Assembly: GCA_002633005.1 (NCBI GenBank) | Contig: NMRA01000070.1 | Location: 150,172-214,171 of the forward strand | DNA: 64,000 nucleotides | Origin: Phoronis australis | Taxonomy: Eukaryota; Animalia; Phoronida | Direction of reading: 5' to 3' | In this document: positions 52,295 to 63,764 of the stretch, piece after piece | Layout: each line of letters opens with the position of its first letter | Numbering within the stretch: position 1 is the stretch's first letter | Position numbers and translations under genes: made by a program | The notes under the pieces: model-generated | Told to the model about the DNA's origin: nothing | What the model saw: only the letters and a program-made list of their open reading frames with translations | Database searches by the model: none

Positions 52295-53449
52295 TATAAC
52301 ATTTGTGCGGAAAGGTCCTTTCTTTCATACCGCTCTAACTGAAGCAATAAGCGGTTTACTTTATCTCTACATTTTTTCTGCCTCGTCGTTTATTCTGTAA
52401 CTTTTACCGTCCCGTTGGCAGTTGAATAGCAACCGAGTTATGTTGCATGCCATTGTGTAAAGTCATTAACGTCGGGTCACTTGTTCATTTCGGGTGATCT
52501 CTGCTTCTACAAACGCTTTGATGCACTGCAATAGAAAACGCAACCCTTTAAGTACACGAACGAGAAACCGGTCTAAACTGGTTAGTATAACCTCATCGCA
52601 AGTAACAGCACATGATGGGTCAGCGTTTAAGTATTACAAAACAAGAGTACCACGCCCTCACCTACCTGAACACGTCAGCAGTCACGTGATTTCCGATTCG
52701 ACCTCGTCTTCGTTTCCTTGGACCGAGGTCCTTCTCTAAGCGATCCAGTTAAAGCTATTGCGTTAGATGGTTTGATGCACTGCAATAGAAAACGCAACTC
52801 TTTTAAGTACACAAACAAGAAGTCGGTCTAAACTGGTGACTCGTTTTGATAAAAAATTTCGAAGATATGTAAAAATATGATTTTAGACCCAAGTCAAACA
52901 AATCTGAATCACGAGTCTAACGTGATGTTGGACCCGGACATTGCAAGGTAATCAATAAGTTCCAGCAAGTCTGTTGAGTCAGGTTCATCAAAATATAACA
53001 AATCATTTTTAAATAGCAAAAAAAAAACACAAGAATTTGTGTTCTGCAAGTGTTTTGGGAAAAGGAGCCTTGTGTCAACACATGATGTCATGAAATATGT
53101 ACAGACTAGATTTAGAGTAGATAACGTCTCTGGGACATTCATCCCAGTTTGCGCACACTGTCTATTCAGTGAAAAATTGTATACACCCATTTTTTGTGTT
53201 AGGGTTGGGCGTGTTTGTCTTTATTGTAAACGGATATCCACAGTTTTTGAAATATGAAAACTGACCCTGAAGTAGCAAGGTGACAACTTGTGCTGGCTTT
53301 GAATCCGAGTCCTCCAGAACATCGTCTAAAAGCAAATGGCTCATGAACGATAACATGAATCTGCTTTAAGTGTAATTGATATGGCCCGAGGCGAATTATT
53401 TTAGGAAAACCTTACGTTCGCCTAATGACCACTGTATGATCAATATCTT

Positions 53450-54335
53450 AGTCAAAAAGGTATCTTATCGAACCAGTTTCACAGAGTTTCCTCCGGTTAT
53501 GTTCGAAAAAATATTAACTGTGTTTCAAATCCGCATCTATGTATTCTAGTTGGAAGAAATCGAACATGGCGTCATTGCTCGCTTGCTTTGTCGAACCCCA
53601 TCATGATTTTGACGACGAACGTTTCCTCAACTTTTACGGAGATCATTTTTCGTATATCACGATTGCAGGTCTTACCAACGCAACCTATGTGTTTTTTGTT
53701 TGGAATGCCGCGTACCGAGTTGTTAGACACCAAGAAAAATGTCGTAAAGAGGTAGGGCGCGTTTTTCCTCGTAAAGCGTGTGCAACACCACTCACAGTTT
53801 TCGAGAATCTGAAGGATGAGGGATATTTCGTTCCCGAAAGCGATCGGTATCACTCCTAAAGGTGCGCCTTTGGTATAGAAACTTTCTTGAAAAATCGGAA
53901 AAGTTTGGGAGGACCACGAGAAAGACGTTAACACGCCAAACTGATATGGAGAAACGACGGAAGATGATGTCATATATTCAGGGCTTGGATGTGAATGGTC
54001 TTTACATCGACAGCCTCGTGAACGAACAACCGACAGAAATATTTTGCAGAAAAGAGAACGAATTCAAGCGAAGGTTTTCCCACTCACGAGCGCAAAAAGC
54101 AACTGCTCGGTAGGATTAAGTAGCATGGTAACGCGCAACGCGTTTGTCACCAGTTCGATGGTGATGAAAAAAGAACGAGTCAACGTCGTATTCCAGCGAA
54201 CAGTTTTTGTCGCCCGTTGCATGTCTTGAGTGTCACTGGCACGGATCGACAGTCTATATTCAAGAATGCAAACATCAGCAGGAATGACATAGGAGACTTG
54301 ATCTGGCAGTATGCGGAGAAAATAAAATCATGAGC
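53450..54335 (+). pseudogene. Second decayed pPolB-like fragment, internally deleted, opposite orientation to the first
   Basis: FDDERFLNFYGDHFSYI...TPLTVFENLKDEGYFVP aligns with 38425-38805; then IQGLDVNGLY (motif A DxNxLY), HQFDGDEKR..RRIP, FKNANISRNDIGD. Confidence 0.75.
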
Positions 54336-54575
54336 TGACGGTGTTGCACCACAGGACTTTTGGACATTTAGTGAAATTATTGTGCTTGAGCAATGGTATA
54401 TGAAAGACTTGAGGATTTTTGTATTGTGTTAGATTAAGAAGATACTGTATTATACCGTTGAACTATTTTTGGTCATCGCAATGTCTTATTATTATTTCAG
54501 TCCCTTTTGTGGGTTACATGCAAGACAAAGTCAGCACTAACGTGATTTCCGATTCGATTATGACCTCATTTGCAC

Positions 54576-55739
54576 TTTTATGAGCTCACATATTTATGTG
54601 GTCGCATATTGCTGTCATCTCTAGTGGGCGTCTGTATCTCCTAAACCCCTCACGGGATCTGGATGAGATTTGGCTGATGTGTTCCTATGAAGCTGACGAC
54701 AGAAGATGACGAATTTCGGACTTCTTCCATTACCAGTGTGCCCCCCTAGTGGTGGCAATTTTAGTTCGTTACGTTTGCCTCTTTATCTTAAAAGGTGGAT
54801 ATTCATAAAATTTGGCAGATAGGCATCTATGAGTGAGGTGACGCTAACATCCTGTTTTCTGTTAAATTCGAGGCATTTTGTGCCACCTTGTGGCCATTTT
54901 TACTGTTTATGAGTCTGTTTTTTTTTTTTTGGCGTCTGCCCCTCTGTCAACCAAACCACTCTAAGGGTGATTGTATGTTCCTAATTTGAAGAGGAGGGCT
55001 GATGATGATCTTCCGACGACTTCGACAACTGTGGCGCCTCATAGTGGCAGTTTTTTACGCCCTTGGCTGTATCTCTTAAACCGTTTGCAAGATCTTTATT
55101 GAATTTAGCAAGTGTATTTATATGAACTTCACAACAAATGATGATGACTTTCGGATGGATACGACTACCGGTGTGCCCCCTAGTGGCAATTTTAGTTTTT
55201 TAAGTTTACCTCCATCTTCAAAGGTTCTCCACGAATTTTCATAAAATTAGGCATATAGCTATTTACTTGTGAATTGACGTTATCCTCCATATTTTGGTTC
55301 GAGTCGTGGTATTTTGCGCCACCTAATGGCCATTTTTACTGTTTTCGAGTCTTGTCATTTGGTGTCTACCCCTCTGTCAACCAAACCACTTTAAGGATGG
55401 TTGTGGAAATTGGCATATATGTTCCTAATGTGAAGACTGACAATGATTTTCCGACGACTTTATCTACTGTGGCGCCTCTTAGTGGCAGTTATGTTTTTTG
55501 CGCCTATTGCCTCTTAGTGGCAATTTCATTTTTTCGTTTTCCTCTGTTTCTCGGAAGGTCCTTCACGGATTTTTATGAAATTTGGAAAGAGCTTTGATGA
55601 AACATGCCAGTTTTCAGATGGATTCGACGTATTTTGCGCCATATGGTGCCCATTTTTATGTTCCAAATAAACTCTTCTACAAGCACACCGTTTGCGGTGG
55701 ATTCGAGGGCGCATTTCAACGCTCCGCGTTGCTCTTGTT
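54576..55739 (+). mobile_element. Family A Helentron-like element copy 3
   Basis: 5' TTTTATGAGCTCACATATTTATGTGGTCGCAT; CCCCCTAGTGG repeats; 3' GGGCGCATTTCAACGCTCCGCGTTGCTCTTGTT. Confidence 0.75.
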
Positions 55740-58431
55740 TAGGTTTGTCAAAGGCTTCCGGTTACGCGTATAATCTACGACCTTTGACCGAGGTCCCGCT
55801 CAAACATATCACGTAAACAATTTGGTACTCCATTGATAACAAGGACGACAAGTAACAAGACGTTAAACTAAAGGTTGTTATTCTGAAGTTAAATACCAGC
55901 AACTGTTCTCACAAATTAGTAAAAACTCATACAATTCAGGGAAACTCCGAGTATTTAGAAAGTTAATGACACCGAGTTACAACATAATATATATAACACG
56001 AAACTGTTTTAGTTGCTCCTAAGAAAGACGTGCAGCTTAATCAGGGGGAAAGGAAATTTATTTACACAACTATGACTCTTTATGTTTTTGACACGAGACG
56101 GAATTAGTAAAACCAGAGATGTGGGTGCTGTGACGATTGCACGCAAAGAACGGGACTCAATTCGGATGTAATGCGGTCCAAAACGCGTTCTCGCGTTACT
56201 TCCTGCCAAATTTTCAAATCAGACATGCTTTAATGGGCAATCACACCTACTCGGACAGAAATATTTAGTCGGAGAATAACTTGACGAAATCTTTTATCTA
56301 GTTATATTTTTGCGTGTTACTTAAATTGCTTACGTCATTGGAAATGGAAACGGCCCACTACTCACCATGGTTCGCCATTCCGAATGTTCACTACTTGGAA
56401 AAGATTTATATTGTTCAACTCATGTGTAAGTTTTACACTTTTACATGCAAAAATGAATGATGCATACACTAGTTAACTTAACGTCGGCTTCTACTGAATT
56501 TAAAAGGGAAACGCACACACGTGTACACGCATGTATGTCAATCCACAATCAAATTGGACACTGGATGAAAAACATACCTGTGTTTGACGAACACTTTCAA
56601 TTCCAGATTTGAAAACGCCTGCCCTTTACCGTACTATGCTAGCAAGCAATATCAGGTAACAAACCTATTTTCTGCTGCATTGTTTCTTGGTTGATTTTAA
56701 TGCATTGACACCGCACTGTGACTTTTTGGGAGCTCTCTCGCTGCTGTATAGCTTAGCTACTAGGCTCCCTTGTTACCCTACGGTGAATCCACAACGTGAG
56801 TAACATAAAGCATCCTCTAATCTTCTGCACGATGATCTATCGCAAATACGGATGCGAAGTTGGCCGGGTACGGCCTGGTGACATTACGTGAAGCGCGTTG
56901 CATCAGAAGCAAATTCAAAATTATCACTAACTTAGTTATCATTGTAGTTAGTAATACCAGTAGCTGCAACAATTTTGTTGTTGCCCACCTGTATCCTATC
57001 TTTAAGGGACAGGCTGGGGCTGGACCTTTTCCGCGNTTCGTTCGGCTACGGGCCTGACGTTCTATTATTTTGAACGGTACAAGCGGCTCCAAAACCTTTG
57101 GTTTCCTAGACTTAATCACGTGATCAAGCTAGACATATCGTAACCACATATAGAATGGATGACTATCTGCACTGTCTATGATCTCTACACAGAGACATGT
57201 GAACAGCCTGCTGATGTTACTGATAATTTCTTTCTTTCTTTGTTTCTACGTTACAATTCGTATTTTCCTTCTATCGACATGAAATTTACAAGCAACACGT
57301 GCCTAGTCATCGGCTCTAGGCTTGTTTCTGGTATACCATAATAAAGAAATCAGAAGTAAGATGGTGCTGTACACGTGGCAGCCGTTTTTCAATTCTTTGC
57401 TTGGCATGGCCTCAGTTCTGCTGTCTCATTTTCGAGTCGTATGTCCCCAAATGAATACATTACGAGATATACAGTCCTTCTACTTGTATACGCCTTTTTC
57501 TAAGTTGTTCAAAATTCAAGTTTTTATAGTAAATTACCTTTTCTGTGTTATAACATTCAAGAATTTCATTGGGACTGGAATTTAACCACGCTCTGTATAT
57601 ATGTCGTTTTCCTGAGCCAATAAAAGATTGATTACCTACGTGTCTGGCTCAGTCTTTCCGCAATATTACACCAGCTAAGCTAAATTAAGAGCAAACCCTG
57701 TTTTGCTGTATTCCAATTGGCCACTGATATCCAAGAACTCAGCACAACTCCACATTCCCAAAACACATGGCAAAGATTCTCAAATTCTTTCCCACAAAGT
57801 GCGTAATTCGGTGAGTTAAAAGGATACCAAACCCGGTTTTGGCATATTTAATAAAAGCGTCTTTCCCATCCAGGTTTCTGAAACAAAATAAAGCGCGGTA
57901 ATGCTCAACAACTCTCAAAAGTTTGAAGGAAAAACTGAAAACTAAACGGGAAAGCGTGACCTATGCTTTTAACAAATTAAACGGCATCTGTGCGAAAGGA
58001 CCAATTAACACGGAACATAATGTCCAGTTTGTGAGATAGGGAGCCATTATGAGTTTTTAGTTGATCCCTGCCCTTGACTTGGAAGATTGACGCCAATGAT
58101 GCATTACCAGGTGACAGAACAAAGACTGAAGTCATCAAAGCGGGATTTAATATCCTTAAAAAAAACTAGCAACAATACGCCAAATCACTGTCACTTTTCA
58201 GCCCAAAACTACTATTTGCTTGAGACTGTTATGAATTGAGTGCATTCAGACTGTCAAAGCTCTCCATATTATACAGAAATCAGGTCCGTGTAGGCTAAAG
58301 TGGGTGTAAAAAAACCCGGATTTTTACAAATCTAGTGTCGATTCACCGTTCTCCATTTACCATGCTAGCAGAATTATAGGAACATGATATCAACGTCAGC
58401 AGTCTGAGGCTATGTAACTAACTACCATGGT

Positions 58432-58826
58432 GCCCCTTTGTTGACTGATTCGTCAATTTAAACTTGGTTACTTTATCATTTACTGTTCAAGATTGATTCT
58501 TGGTCATTTTTGTCATCATCATTCATCCGATGATCATCGAAATCCTCATCATATCATTATCGTCAGTTTTTATTCTTTTTCACCAGTGTTTCTGTACACT
58601 AGGATGCAATTCTTATATTTTTTCACCAGCATTCATCATCATCACGATCATCAGTCATTATTCATCATCACTGATCATCATCATCGTCGTCGTCGTCGTC
58701 ATATCATCATCACCATCCTCACTATCATCGTCACAATCATCGCCATATCATCACCACCATCTTCGCCGTAGTCATCATCATGTCAGTTCCATATCGTCAT
58801 GAAGTGTCGCTCCCTTCAGCGCATTA
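58432..58826 (+). mobile_element. 3' fragment of family B element with expanded (CAT/CGT)n microsatellite
   Basis: cctttgttgactgatt as at ~4537; ends aagtgtcgctc...agcgcatt like 29322 and 29475. Confidence 0.5.
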
Positions 58827-58911
58827 ATTTGCCAATTAAATATTTTTAATGAACGAGTTAAGCCTAGTAGACTCGTCACATGACATCCATACTCTACATT
58901 CGACCACACTC

Positions 58912-59283
58912 CCGGGCCCGGTCTCTAATCTTTGTAATCGAAACGATCGAAATCAAAATTATTTTTGTCAATTTCTCTGCTAACTCAAGATAAGTGGTTG
59001 TCAGTACTCGAATACATTTAAGTTTATGCACATGAGTTTATAGCCCAAGTTTTCACTTGAAGACCCTTATATTCGTGTTACAAACTCGAGTAAAAACTCG
59101 AAATTTCGAGTTCAAACTCAGTCGAACTTGGGGTTTATCAAACTAGGGCTAATAAACTATCCACATAAGTAATTATGTACTCGAGCATAATACTAGATAC
59201 TTATCTGGAGTTCACAAAAAAATAGAGTAGAAGATGCCAAACATAATTACGAGTTCCATTTCGAGATGATAGACCGGGCCCAG
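58912..59283. mobile_element. Small MITE
   Basis: TIRs CCGGGCCCGGTCT / AGACCGGGCCCAG. Confidence 0.5.
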
Positions 59284-60078
59284 GTGCCGAGAGTTAACTC
59301 ATTTGAATAAAGATTGACCTGTTGGTTGTCCATGTGAAGGTCTGGGAATCCCTGCACAAAGAAAGGTCATTGATTTATGTCGGTGATTGGATAATCTCAT
59401 TTGACCGCCAACTGTACTGATGTCACGTGGCGCACGTGCCATTTCAGTAAGGAGATTAACCGTGGTAAGTGGCACGATTTGTATGAGAGAGAAATGTTTG
59501 TTTACTTTGTCAGTTTCTCTATTTTTTGTCACCATGGGTCATTCACAATTAGATTTTGTCTTGGTCAATTTGCTTTTTTGGCGACAATAACAATGAACTT
59601 TTGTTTCTACAAGGTTTTGGGAAACCGAAATCTACAATCGAACGTGGATTGCACGTTTATGTAGCCTCGAGTCGTAGCCCCGCGTAGGCATGATTAACAA
59701 TCTTTAGTCAGTCTTGAAACGTTATTTCAAACTGTTGTCTTAAGAAGAGACCCAGAACCATCTGTCAAGAAATGTGTTGATTAATTTGCAAGAGTATTTC
59801 GCTGTTAGCTATCACTGAATCTCAAACCGAACCACTGACTTAGACCTGTTATTTAGTTATTAGTTATTACCACGACCTACCGTATTCAGAAACGATGTAC
59901 TTGCTTCAGCCTTCACCAACGTTGGGCCTAGGGGAGGGTTGGTTATCCTCATGGGTTATGGGTTACTTGCAAACTATTGTTGGGAGCAGGCGGCAACTTT
60001 TGAGTGAAAGTATACAATACTGAAAAACAGAAAGCCCAATTATTAGATTGTCTATCAACAAAATTCAAGTCCTTATCT

Positions 60079-60340
60079 ATATGGGCAGCCGTTTATGCAC
60101 GAGACGACAGGATTGACAAAACAGAATCGACTAAACAACATTGAATTCAGTAAACAGAATAGAAGTTAGAATATACAAAACAGCATTGAGTTCACAATAT
60201 GGAATGGATGAATGTGGATTGAATTGATGTAATAGCATTGAATACACAAGACAGGTTTGAATTGTCATACAATTGGCCTTGAGTTCATTAAATGGAATTG
60301 AATAACATTTTAATGTTTTTTGCATAAACGGCCGCCTATA
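60079..60340. mobile_element. Small MITE
   Basis: TIRs atgggcagccgtttatgca / tgcataaacggccgcctat. Confidence 0.5.
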
Positions 60341-61859
60341 CTTATCTCAAATTCTCAAAGAACAATCTAGTTCAAAAACTTAAAAATACATACTAAATTA
60401 AGTAATATGTAACATGGTATAATGTTTACCTCCTTTCTGTTATCAAACTAAAAGTCTTTTTGAACATAGTTTTGTACCTTAGTCGAGATCAGAAAATCAT
60501 CGACTATTCCCGTTTATTTCTGTGACCAATGAGTTCCTGCGAATCAGTTAAGAAACGATTCCTGAATGACGGTCATGTCCTTGAAAACATATTGACATCA
60601 CTGTTAGCGTAAATGCGTAGTTATTTTGTTTGGTTGTTTTTGATTCTCATTTTGGTTCTTTTTATACAAGTTTGATTATTTATTTCTGAATTTTATCAAT
60701 TCTTTGCTTATGACGAATGGTATTTAATGCATTAACTGGCGTTTGTGAAGTACGTCGCATCTCCGGCGGCCAACAATGGGCTGTTGAGGTCAGCCTTGAC
60801 TCATCGCAAGGATATAGGTCAAATTTCGGCCACAGTACCTGTTTAGGTAGTAAATTACAGGGGAAAACTTTCTAGATCAGCAAATGTCTTGTCTTTGTCG
60901 CCATGTCGTAAAATTGATGCGAAGTAACAGCCTAGAGGGAGCAATTGCCGTGTGATTAACCAGACATGCATGTGACTGCGTACTTGGCAGCAATGCGGCA
61001 TCGACGTGGCTGGACGTTAAAAATGCAAAATAGAAAAAAACATCCCCACACGACAGTGCTTCAACAAACAAAAACAAGTATTATCCCAAAACAGGGAGCT
61101 TCTCACCTTAAATGCAATAACGCGCACCTGTGATTTGCTGCTCGGACAAGACAATCAACTGGTGACCGATGCCGTGACACTCTGGGAAAACAGTCACATG
61201 CTAAATTGACTGATTTTCAATTATTGGGCAAAATGACAAGAACTTACACAATATATACTTGATTCTGTTGTCGAAATATAAAATTCCTCGAAATATGCAA
61301 ATGGGGGGGTGTAGTGAAATGTAGTCTATGAGCTGAAAGTCGAAGATGAGAAAGTATTGCAGTGTTTGGACCTTGACGCAGTATGTTTTAATCTTCGTCA
61401 CATGAATTTCACTCATTCAAGGCCCGGGCAGCCAATTAATGTGTTCATCTTGCGCCGTGAAGCACTGATGTCCGCGCAGACCAGGCGGGGTCGGGCTCCG
61501 ACGGATAGCTTATATGAATGCTTCTGGCTGAATGGGAATTATTCCTTTTACTTTAAACTTATTAATACATATACTACGTTTGTTATATCATTTGGTACCA
61601 CGGTAAGTTTTTTTTTTCTGAATTTATTTCGCCACCAAATGGTATGCTGTCATTCATTTTTGGCCGTCAGCCGTCACAGAAACCACAGGAGACCACCTGT
61701 ATCTTAGTTTCCCTTTCGTAAATTTATTTTCGATATTTTCACAAGTTTAATCATCAGGATATCCTAACTTTATAGCAATTTTACTCATTTATTTTGATGT
61801 TGCATGTTCGTTGTTTTGTTTATACTCTACGCTTAGCCCAGTCGCCGTGTAATCGGCCT

Positions 61860-62017
61860 TGGTATTCAGTCGATGGCACAGAATTGCGACTATTCCATAA
61901 TTGGTAAATGCGAGAGAAATTACTTACTAGAAGACTATAACTTAGTTATGCATAACGTTTCAAGCCTGCTGCTCAGGCCCTTGATCACATGACTGATCTT
62001 ACTGCCGTTGTGGAACC
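61860..62017 (+). promoter_or_regulatory. Possible TSS region / 5' UTR exon of Piwi copy 2
   Basis: Strong donor GTAAGT at 62018, ~575 bp upstream of the acceptor at 62592; Inr-like TCAGTC near 61866; start position is a guess. Confidence 0.3.
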
Positions 62018-62602
62018 GTAAGTAAGACCTTGTTGTAAATGGAAGGAAGTTTTAGTCCCTGGTCATTAAGTGGAGGTTGCAATGTTTCATGTAAATGGCC
62101 TCTTTGTACGTCCGCAAGATCAAAGAGGAGAAATTATGTAGAAAGGCAGATATTTTACGCACAATCGTAGCATTTCAATGGCCATTTTCAGTGTAACCCT
62201 CACCCAATTTTTATGATTTTGCACCATTGCATTTCTCTCACCAAGGGCTTTTCAAAAATGTAAAACACATGGGCATTGAACGTTGTCCTTTCTAGTTTTG
62301 AAACGAGAGTTGCTCACACATGCTGACTTAATTTGCCTGCATGCAGTTTTGCAGTTTCGTATAGCAATGGTTTCACTGAAATTGGGAAGGGAAGATAGAA
62401 ACCTTCATTTCTTAGGAAACAATTTACTCGAATTGTAAAATAGTTAATGTTCTATATAATTATTTACCAGATAATCATGATTAAAAAATTGCTCGTCAAA
62501 ATGTTTTCATGGGGAGGTTTTCAAATGTGCTTTAAAATCCTGTTGGTGGTTTGTTACGGAAATTAATAGTTTAGGACCCTCTTTTATTCTAGTTAGTTAA
62601 CC

Positions 62603-62707
62603 ATGAGTGGACGAGCTAGAGGGAGAGCCCGGGGACGTGCAAGGGGCGTGGTGTCTGAGGAGGAGCCGCAGCGTAAACCGGGGGAGAAAGCCAAGCCAGA
62701 AGTGCAA
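62603..62707 (+). CDS. piwi: Piwi paralog (copy 2), first coding exon
   Basis: ccATGa; MSGRARGRARGRARGVVSEEEPQRKPGEKAKPEVQ|GTaagg is the typical Piwi N-terminus with RG/RA repeats; upstream acceptor ttttattctAG at 62591-62592 implies a non-coding first exon. Confidence 0.9.
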
Positions 62708-63523
62708 GTAAGGCGGAGTGTGAACGGGGCTTGTATTTGCTATTAATGGTCAGAAAAACTGGATTTATTCAGCATCTTGTCTTTGCATTTGTTAGTTTGT
62801 CTATAGTCTCTAAAAACGTGATGAATGGATGGTGAAGAAATTTTTTTACTATAACAGCCCCTGTTGGCCGTTTAGTTTTTGATGAAAAAATTCGTGCCAG
62901 TTTGCCTGGCAAAATCCACCAAACGAAATCTGATGTAGCCAGAACTGAAAATCTCATGCGCCTAAATGAGGTCTGCGGTTTCCTATCTGACATTAAATTC
63001 GTCGGCCAAAACGACTTGCAGGTCGCCAAATCGAGCGTTGGCATAAGTAGGGAAGCCTTTTACGTGTCGAAATGTCAAACTTTCTGACAGTTATGATGAT
63101 TATAAAGTGCTCATAGCGTCCTTTTTTTGCATTTTGACCATATTTGTGAAATTTTGATTCATTCTTTCACTCGTCTATGTTGGCAAATTCTTGTTTGTGT
63201 TCAACCTCTTACTGGACCTTCACAGTGGAGTATTAGTGTCTGTAATGACAGTAATTGGTTTTAACGTTTGCCTTTGTAACCTAAAGTTTCGTTACAGAAT
63301 TTCATAAAATTTTGCAAATGGGTTAAGGAGATGACAACACCTTGGTATTTTTGGTTTAATTAAACATATTAAGTTTTACCTAGATACCACGTCTATTGTT
63401 TTCGAGTCGTTCTTTTTGCATCTCCAGCAGTCTACTCGCATTTATCATTTATTGAGCATTCATTGGCATATTATGTTTTCTTTCTGAAAACAGTGCTGGC
63501 TGACCCACATCCATTTTCTTTAG

Positions 63524-63764
63524 CAGGCCCCATCAGCACCGGTCTCTGGTAGTGGTCGATCAAGTATACGGGGTGGCACTCGTGGGGAGCCACGGCCAGG
63601 GCAGGCTGGCAACGGGAATGGTGCCGCCGCTGTAGCAGGTGTCACCGGTCAGTTGGCGGAGATGAAGCTGGGTACAGGGGATGGCATGAAGACCCAGAGG
63701 GCGGAGAGGCGACCCAGGTTCGCCGACCCCACCACCAGGCCATCCCATGTGCAGGACAAGAAAG
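63524..63764 (+). CDS. piwi: Piwi paralog (copy 2), second coding exon; gene continues beyond window
   Basis: tttTAG|CAG (alternative start 63527) ...AAAG|GTgaat; SGRSSIRGGTRGEPRPGQAGNGNGAAA...ERRPRFADPTTRPSHVQDKKG aligns with exon 128-377 and has the same intron phases (0, 1). Confidence 0.92.

Noticed and set aside
52909-53356. Short Cys-rich and other ORFs next to the pPolB fragment
   Set aside because: May be viral remnants, but they have no paralog or recognisable motif in the window to support a call.
58493-58802. His/Ile/Ser-rich ORFs
   Set aside because: Translation of a (CAT)n microsatellite in a TE fragment.
62000-62012. MYB-type site (CCGTTG) near the putative Piwi copy 2 first exon, by analogy with A-MYB control of Piwil1
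   Set aside because: A 6-bp match is expected by chance and the TSS is not established.
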